Below, piece by piece: positions 19,626 to 25,315 of a stretch of DNA of 25,315 nucleotides. The translations under genes and the position numbers were made by a program. The stretch is from Caldisericaceae bacterium. GTDB taxonomy: Bacteria > Caldisericota > Caldisericia > Caldisericales > Caldisericaceae. The notes under the pieces are model-generated. The model saw only the letters and a list, made by a program, of their open reading frames with translations, was not told the DNA's origin and ran no database searches. Location: NCBI GenBank assembly GCA_049967855.1, contig JBMFRX010000016.1:1-25315 (forward strand), given 5' to 3'. Position 1 is the stretch's first letter. Each line of letters opens with the position of its first letter.

Positions 19626-19828
19626 GTCATTGCGAGCGAACGCAGTGAGCGTGGCAATCTCCCCTTTTGTCTTTTCTATTCGTCATGCTGAAATGTCTCT
19701 ATTCAGCATCTCGTCTTTGAATCCTTCCCTTGCAAAAGGCAACGGCAAAAGAACCCTCAGAAAGGCTTTTTGAGATGACAAAAAAGGGAGTCATCGCGAG
19801 GGCTTGCCTTGTAAGGCTGTGTCAATCT
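19626..19828. repeat. Cluster of four CGTC-type REP-like palindromes
   Basis: Type C at 19626-19661, type B at 19682-19714, type A (rc) at 19750-19779, degenerate type C at 19789-19828. About 19655-19714 is an inverted near-copy of 9901-9960. Confidence 0.85.
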
Positions 19829-19869
19829 CATTTTTTAATCCTTTCAGTCTTTTCACCATATTGAAAAAC

Positions 19870-19897
19870 AAAAAACCTGCACAAAATACAGTGCAGG
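19870..19897 (-). terminator. Intrinsic terminator of the pilin cluster
   Basis: cctgcac-N8-gtgcagg followed by T6 on the - strand. Confidence 0.7.
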
Positions 19898-19930
19898 CAT
19901 TCTAATTTAAAGAGTGATTTTCCATCCCAA

Positions 19931-20623
19931 TTACGGCGGTGGGCTTCCGCTCATTGCAACTTTGCCGGCACCGTCAATGATTACATAGAATGGTTTGCTG
20001 GTGGATATATCCACAAGTTTTACAATTAGGCTGGAAGAGTCAATCACTGTTAAAGAAGAATTATTTCTCCCACTCATTGCCGTTACCACATCTCCTTCTC
20101 CTCTGAATGTGCTTCCTGCGCCCGAGCGAAAACAAATAACAAAATATTTCTTTCCGCTGAACGTAATTGCAGAAGAAGTGCCAGACGTAATTGAATCAAT
20201 TACAATGTCATATTTGAGAACTCTCTCTGTAAAATGCTGGTTTACAGCATCTGTTGGGACATAATGATCGCCATCCGTCTGATTTGTTTGATCTTTTCCC
20301 CATTGAAAGGTCTCAAGAAAATAACTTCTGTTGTTGACATTTACAGAATTTGTAGGTTCTACAGGAGAATTATTGTAATTGATGTAAATATTCAAATCCT
20401 GCTGATAGAGAATTGCATCTTCTTTAACGGTTCTTAAGTCCTGCACCATTTGCCAAGCAACTTCCTGAAGGTGCTGCGATGAAATGTAGCCACGCAAATA
20501 AGGTATGGAAACCGCACTCATTATGATTATAATGACAATTACGATAATAAGTTCTATAAGAGTAAACCCTCTCCTGCACAATTGGCAGGAGAGGGTTCTA
20601 ATTCTGTTATTCTGCAATTTCAT
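19931..20623 (-). CDS. Type IV minor pilin, FimU/FimT/GspH-like
   Basis: RRG|FTLIEL cleavage/methylation motif plus hydrophobic helix. ATG 20623 overlaps the upstream TGA (ATGA). Confidence 0.8.
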   Translation of the reverse strand: MKLQNNRIRTLSCQLCRRGFTLIELIIVIVIIIIMSAVSIPYLRGYISSQHLQEVAWQMVQDLRTVKEDAILYQQDLNIYINYNNSPVEPTNSVNVNNRSYFLETFQWGKDQTNQTDGDHYVPTDAVNQHFTERVLKYDIVIDSITSGTSSAITFSGKKYFVICFRSGAGSTFRGEGDVVTAMSGRNNSSLTVIDSSSLIVKLVDISTSKPFYVIIDGAGKVAMSGSPPP

Positions 20624-22638
20624 GGCTTGACTGGACTTGCCACCTGTTCTTTCCAATCAATTCTGTAAAGTGCAGTTTTGTTCAGATTAGCAGTAGCAGC
20701 TGCGACAAAGTTGAAAGTGGAGCCATAATAATAAGTAGTGCCATTGTAGGTATATTTATAACGGAAACCTGCAATGTAGGCGGGGTCGGTAGTAGAAGTA
20801 ATTGGTGTCAATTGGCTTTTGGTAAGGTGAGTCAACACTCCATCATCTTGATTTATGAGAGTGGGGTCAGTTACGATTGGCCATTGGTCAATTATGTCAG
20901 TTGATTCCCCGGTTTTGCTTGTGGTGGGATAATATGGGGGCACTCCGTAATCACGGAGATTCCAATCGTAATTAGTATGTTGAATTTCATAACCTCTTAC
21001 CTCATTATTTCCAAGATACATAGCTGGCGCATTGCTTGTATCCCAAGAGGCCTGAGCACCATTCCACCATGCCTCGTACGTGCCACTTGGATCTATGGTA
21101 TGTGAAGGAGTATTTGCATCAATACCAAAATTACCAGCCTTCGAAATCATTGCCGCATCAATTTCCAGATGATGATTTGCATTAAACGTAGCTGCCGTTA
21201 TTGTTATGTCTCCATGCGAAACTAGCCCTAGCAAATCAGGGTTTGAAGGAACTGGGGCATTCCTGTCAAGCCTTGGAGGAGTGTTATAGATTATATTTCC
21301 TCCAATATTTATCTTTGAGGCACCAACACTCGCCTGTCCCTTTACTGTGCCGCTAACGGTTGCAGTGCCCTCAACAAATATCGCTCCATTGGAAGGCATA
21401 GGAAGCTTAGTCCCATTAATCGTCACATAACCTATTCCATTCTCGACAGAAAATACAACTGTTGCGTCGCCGTTTACGTAATAATTGGGCAATGCTTTAT
21501 CCTGTATTCCACCATTTGGATCAGTAGGGTTTCTCACAGGGTTAGCACCATAGAGAGCGTCGTCAACATTTGCCCATTGGGCGGCAGGATATCCGTCCGT
21601 TGCATAGCCATTAGCCTTCGCCCAAGCAAGATTTTGCTTGTCTGCACCAAAACGCCCGTCGTGGTTACCATTATAATCATCAACTGCGTTGTCATATACA
21701 GTATTATTGGCAAACACGGGGTCGTGTGCCCAACCTCCCATATACAGGTCAGCATCGCTTCTTATTGGGCCTGTAGTAGTTTCAAATCTTCCAAAGTAAG
21801 CTTTGCTGTGGTAAAGTCCAGAATAGTCAGCAAAGCTATGTCCTGGTATCGTAGTTGTCGAAGTATCATGAGTGAACCAGGAGCCGTTTGCTAACTCAGC
21901 AGTCGAAGCGCTGGCAACAAGTTTACCCCTGCTTGCAGATGCCTCAATGGTTCTCTTAATTTCAGGTTTGCTCAAAAGGTATGCAGTCACGCTGATATCC
22001 CACTTATCAGGTTCTCCTGGCCAATATTTGGTATTTGTGTCAATCTCTACCCAGACGTTATCACTAGCATAGGTCGGGAAATTCGCGCTCATTCCCCCAG
22101 ATATTGGATTTCCTCCCGTAGAAATATTCTTTAGCGTGCCTGTCTTGATGTTCCCATCAGGCCCTACGCTGGTGACATGCGCAATGTTATTGTTTGTAGT
22201 ATCCCACACCACATAGTACTCCTGGGTGTTCAGGTTATATAAGTAGGTAGAAACATAACTGGAGATTGAGTTATACGAGGTTACGGGGTCATCGATGTTT
22301 GGGACACCACCATTAAGTTGGGATATGTAGTATGAGATTAAATAATCCTGGGCTTCTTTTGTAGCTTCATCGAGATTTCCAGATTCATCAATTATTGACG
22401 GCATTACAAAAGTGAACGGGAATGTGTTAATCTGGTTCAGAATGTTGTCCACGGTGCTATCCGCAAGCGCCAAAGTTCTATCAGACACTGCCTCACCTGT
22501 AACATTTGCCCTTCGAGGTATAGTGGAAGATATCAACATCAAAATAGGAATCATCATTGCAGCAGCAATCAGGACCACAAAAATCAAGGCAAAGCCCTTT
22601 TTAATTCTCTTGTTTCTTACAGCTTGTTTTAAACTCAT
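20620..22638 (-). CDS. Large type IV minor pilin, PilX/GspK-like
   Basis: KKG|FALIF lacks Glu5, as is typical of PilX/GspK. Large N/T/G-rich beta-type C-terminal domain; SD GGAGG. Confidence 0.7.
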   Translation of the reverse strand: MSLKQAVRNKRIKKGFALIFVVLIAAAMMIPILMLISSTIPRRANVTGEAVSDRTLALADSTVDNILNQINTFPFTFVMPSIIDESGNLDEATKEAQDYLISYYISQLNGGVPNIDDPVTSYNSISSYVSTYLYNLNTQEYYVVWDTTNNNIAHVTSVGPDGNIKTGTLKNISTGGNPISGGMSANFPTYASDNVWVEIDTNTKYWPGEPDKWDISVTAYLLSKPEIKRTIEASASRGKLVASASTAELANGSWFTHDTSTTTIPGHSFADYSGLYHSKAYFGRFETTTGPIRSDADLYMGGWAHDPVFANNTVYDNAVDDYNGNHDGRFGADKQNLAWAKANGYATDGYPAAQWANVDDALYGANPVRNPTDPNGGIQDKALPNYYVNGDATVVFSVENGIGYVTINGTKLPMPSNGAIFVEGTATVSGTVKGQASVGASKINIGGNIIYNTPPRLDRNAPVPSNPDLLGLVSHGDITITAATFNANHHLEIDAAMISKAGNFGIDANTPSHTIDPSGTYEAWWNGAQASWDTSNAPAMYLGNNEVRGYEIQHTNYDWNLRDYGVPPYYPTTSKTGESTDIIDQWPIVTDPTLINQDDGVLTHLTKSQLTPITSTTDPAYIAGFRYKYTYNGTTYYYGSTFNFVAAATANLNKTALYRIDWKEQVASPVKP

Positions 22639-22723
22639 ATGCTTTCGCCTCCTCTGCTTAAGTGTATATTATATGAAAAATACAAAAAAATAGAAACGCA
22701 TTTGGAATACTCTTCATAAACCA

Positions 22724-23464
22724 TCATTGCCTCAATGTAACCTCAGCGATTCTTGTAATCGTAACCGCTTTACCCGAGCTATCTTTCATCATTGCCTCAA
22801 TAACAATCTGAATCACTTTTGACGACCAGAGAGGCCTTATCACAGTAAAATTAGTAATTACTTGATCCGTAATGGGCTGTTTTTGAACACCCACCCAAGC
22901 GCTGCCATTCCAGGTTTCATTGCTGTAAAGTATCTCACAAGGTTCATAAGAACTATCAGCCCAATATTGACGAGGTAGTCCTCTATAGTGCGGGGGAGCA
23001 AAACCTGAACCGTCACTCGGAACAGCAAGCGTGTAGGATATTCTGTGTTTAGTTCCTGGGTTATCGTTGTCAATTATATAGAATCGAAGAATTGGGTTTG
23101 ATGGGTCGTCGTTTACATCGGTATCATATGAACCAAACAGATAATACTGATTAGAAGCAAGAGGAGCTGTTGGTGTAGCCACGGTACTGAGATTTCTCAC
23201 TGAATCCGAAGATGAAGAATAAGAAGGCAAACTTACTCCAAAGTCTCCTGTCCCATCGTCAGAAGTAACTGTCTGCCTTATCTCTTTTGTCATCTGGTCG
23301 AGCACTGTGCTTATATTTTCAAGCACTGCTTCCCTGTTCTGGTTAGCCTTTGAAAGAGTGTTAACAAACGAAAAAGCGCTGAAACTCATGTAAATGAGTA
23401 CAAAGAGTATTGCCATTGCAACAACAAGCTCTATGAGAGTAAATCCGCTGCGCTTTGTCATCAA
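22724..23464 (-). CDS. Type IV minor pilin, PilW/GspJ-like
   Basis: RSG|FTLIELVVAMAI and LDQMTKEIRQ. Confidence 0.8.
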   Translation of the reverse strand: MMTKRSGFTLIELVVAMAILFVLIYMSFSAFSFVNTLSKANQNREAVLENISTVLDQMTKEIRQTVTSDDGTGDFGVSLPSYSSSSDSVRNLSTVATPTAPLASNQYYLFGSYDTDVNDDPSNPILRFYIIDNDNPGTKHRISYTLAVPSDGSGFAPPHYRGLPRQYWADSSYEPCEILYSNETWNGSAWVGVQKQPITDQVITNFTVIRPLWSSKVIQIVIEAMMKDSSGKAVTITRIAEVTLRQ

Positions 23465-24468
23465 CCACCTCCATAAGTAGTAACTTGAGTAGCGAGACTG
23501 TAAGAATGTTCCTTGTTTCCAATAATCCAGAAAACAGTAACTTTCACGTCATAGTACTGAACATGAGGAGAAGGGTTGCCGGGGTTATTTGGGTCTTCTT
23601 TTGCTCTTGCGGCAATGCTAGTAAGGATCCTAAATCCCCTGTAAGCCATTGCCCCTGCTTTCTTGTTTGGATCATTTGTATAATGTGGATCATACTCAGG
23701 AGAAGATGTGCTCGTTTTGGCAGTATCTGTGGTATAAATCAAATTGTTGTACCCGGAAAGCGCTGTAAAATTCTTTATTGCATCATAATCCGAGAACAGC
23801 AAGGGAAATTTCATAATGATATGGTTGTTGGTAAGCATATCATGATAATGCTTTGGAGATGCATTACAGACATAAAGATTACCATCCTCAAGAGAAGGAT
23901 TAGCGGTTGTAAGGTTACTGAAATCACTAAGAGAAACATAACCCTGCAGTGAATAATAAAATGCATATCTATTGTCATTGTATGTCTGGGACGGAAGCGC
24001 AGGATGTATGTTTATTGTGGCATATGGAGAAGTTGAATTTCCGTTAGGCCTGAGCGGAATACCCCACAGGTCGATCAAACCGGGATAGCTATGTGAACTG
24101 TCATTGCCAAACTCGTTAATGTCATTATGACCGAGTTTGTTATCTGGATAGGTAACATTACGTGATCTGATGTATTCAACAGTATAGGTTGCGATGTTTT
24201 TTGCCATATCGCGTGCTTCAGAATCCTTGAGACTTGCGGCAGAAACAGTTGCAAGCATCAGGACACTCACAACAATAATGAGAAGTATTGCCATTGCAAC
24301 AATTACTTCGATTAGAGTGAAGCCTTTCCTTGCTCTTCCATTTGCCCCAATGCGAGTAGAAGACGAGATTGCTTTGCCTGCTGGTAGCAATGACAAATCA
24401 GACGGGATTATCTTCTCGCCTGAAACACTGGCCTGCTTTGTCAAAATAAAGCCTTTTGCAATCTTCAT
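23461..24468 (-). CDS. Type IV minor pilin, PilV/GspI-like, with an unusually long (49 aa) leader
   Basis: RKG|FTLIEVIVAMAI; C-terminal VKVTVFW. Confidence 0.8.
   Translation of the reverse strand: MKIAKGFILTKQASVSGEKIIPSDLSLLPAGKAISSSTRIGANGRARKGFTLIEVIVAMAILLIIVVSVLMLATVSAASLKDSEARDMAKNIATYTVEYIRSRNVTYPDNKLGHNDINEFGNDSSHSYPGLIDLWGIPLRPNGNSTSPYATINIHPALPSQTYNDNRYAFYYSLQGYVSLSDFSNLTTANPSLEDGNLYVCNASPKHYHDMLTNNHIIMKFPLLFSDYDAIKNFTALSGYNNLIYTTDTAKTSTSSPEYDPHYTNDPNKKAGAMAYRGFRILTSIAARAKEDPNNPGNPSPHVQYYDVKVTVFWIIGNKEHSYSLATQVTTYGGG
24365..24394 (-). repeat. REP-like palindrome inside the prepilin leader coding sequence
   Basis: The - strand reads gtcattgc-taccagcaggcaaa-gcaatctc, with the same 8-nt ends as the type C REP at 19626-19661. 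Confidence 0.6.
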
Positions 24469-24527
24469 CCCTTTCTCTGTTCTCCTTTAAGTACGTTTAT
24501 TATACATAAAAATGACTTTATAAAAAA

Positions 24528-24609
24528 ATGCAATACAGGTTACGCCACCCAGCTCAGCGCATTCCCCTGGCGTCCACATTGGAAAAGCCTTCAACGCCTT
24601 TTATTGCAT
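24528..24609 (-). ncRNA. c-di-GMP-II riboswitch
   Basis: The - strand reads AUGCAAUA AAA GGC GUUGAA GGCUUUUCCAAU GUGG ACGCC AGGGGAAUGC GCUGA GCU GGGU GGCGU AACC UG UAUUGCAU. It has an 8-bp P1, kink-turn GA motifs, pseudoknot ACGCC/GGCGU and conserved AACC, and lies between the promoter and the pilin genes. Confidence 0.8.
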
Positions 24610-24628
24610 CAAAGTTTACTCTACTTAA

Positions 24629-24657
24629 AGTATAGAATCATTTTAGAATTTTGTCAA
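24629..24657 (-). promoter_or_regulatory. Sigma70-type promoter upstream of the riboswitch and pilin cluster
   Basis: TTGACA (24657-24652), 17-nt spacer, TATACT (24634-24629). Confidence 0.78.
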
Positions 24658-24711
24658 GTAGGTATACATAAAAAATTTATTGAATGTCGAAATGCTAAAG
24701 AAAATGCAACT

Positions 24712-24763
24712 GACGAGATGCTGAATAGAGACATTTCAGCATGACAGTAGGGTTTGGTCATCC
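24712..24763. repeat. Type B REP (rc) followed by a REP truncated by the IS
   Basis: 24713-24745 is identical to 9901-9933. gtcatcc at 24757-24763 abuts the IS end. Confidence 0.8.
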
Positions 24764-25315
24764 TGTACTAAAGTAATCTGAATAAGTTACGATACATATG
24801 AGACTATTTTTAGAATAAGGAGAGTTAAATATGTTATTTAGGAAATTGTTGCCTATGTAGAATCCACTGAAAAGGAGCATGGATTACAAAAGATTAAATA
24901 CTGCCATGGAAAGATTAATAAGAGCCTCTAGGTTTTCTAAGAGCGAGGAAGCTCAATTTAGGTTAAAAGTTGTTGAGTTCTCAGAGAAGCATGGTGTAAG
25001 ACTTGCCGTAGAAGCCTTCAATGTATCAAGAGCAACTATTGAGAGGTGCGAAGGAGGTGTTTAAAAGATTCACAGGGAAAGCTTGATAGTCTTATCCCCA
25101 AATCAAGAAGACCCAAGAGAGTAAGAATTATGAAGGTGAATAGTGAGATAGTTACTTTCATAAGAGATATTAGGGAGAAGCACCCAAGGATAGGTAAAGA
25201 GAAGATAAAGAAGTTTCTCGATGAATACTGCGATAAAAGAGGGATAAGAACAATCTCTCCCTCAACAATAGGCAAGATAATCAAAAGATATGACCTAACG
25301 TTCAACCCTTCAAAA
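24764..25315 (+). mobile_element. IS481-family insertion sequence, left part
   Basis: Putative left end TGTACTAAAGTAATCTGAA (IS481/IS3-type TGT end), followed by a transposase N-terminus. The right end is outside the window. Confidence 0.7.
24831..25315 (+). pseudogene. IS481-family transposase, disrupted
   Basis: SD AAGGAG and ATG at 24831; in-frame TAG at 24858-24860. After FNVSRATIER a 1-nt deletion (about 25048) shifts the frame into RRRCLKDSQGKLDSLIPKSRRPKR...HPRIGKEKI...ISPSTIGKIIKR. Confidence 0.78.

Noticed and set aside
25036..25305. 89-aa hydrophobic minus-strand ORF
   Set aside because: It is the antisense of the purine-rich frameshifted transposase frame.

Overview
Bacterial chromosomal window of about 40% GC. 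The gene content suggests an anaerobe, but taxonomy cannot be fixed from the sequence alone. The left edge holds the 5' end of a large secreted Ig-like surface protein gene with an in-frame stop inside its signal peptide. Next come a DUF4388 protein, an apparently catalytically dead Dna2-like nuclease-helicase, a geranylgeranyl-reductase-family flavoprotein, mntH, mgsA, gdhA, a chagasin-type protease inhibitor, an AAA/DUF4143 ATPase, OsmC, an ECF S component and an SPFH protein. A minus-strand run follows: wHTH regulator, radical SAM/SPASM enzyme, LPG-synthase-TM flippase-like protein, PHP phosphatase and a PLP enzyme. After that is a four-gene type IV minor-pilin cluster preceded by a consensus sigma70 promoter and a c-di-GMP-II riboswitch. 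A degraded IS481-family element sits at the right edge. Intergenic DNA is rich in CGTC-type REP-like palindromes. These bracket accessory genes, appear to be the insertion site of the IS481, and one copy lies in-frame inside a prepilin leader peptide. Four genes carry a leaderless-mRNA signature.
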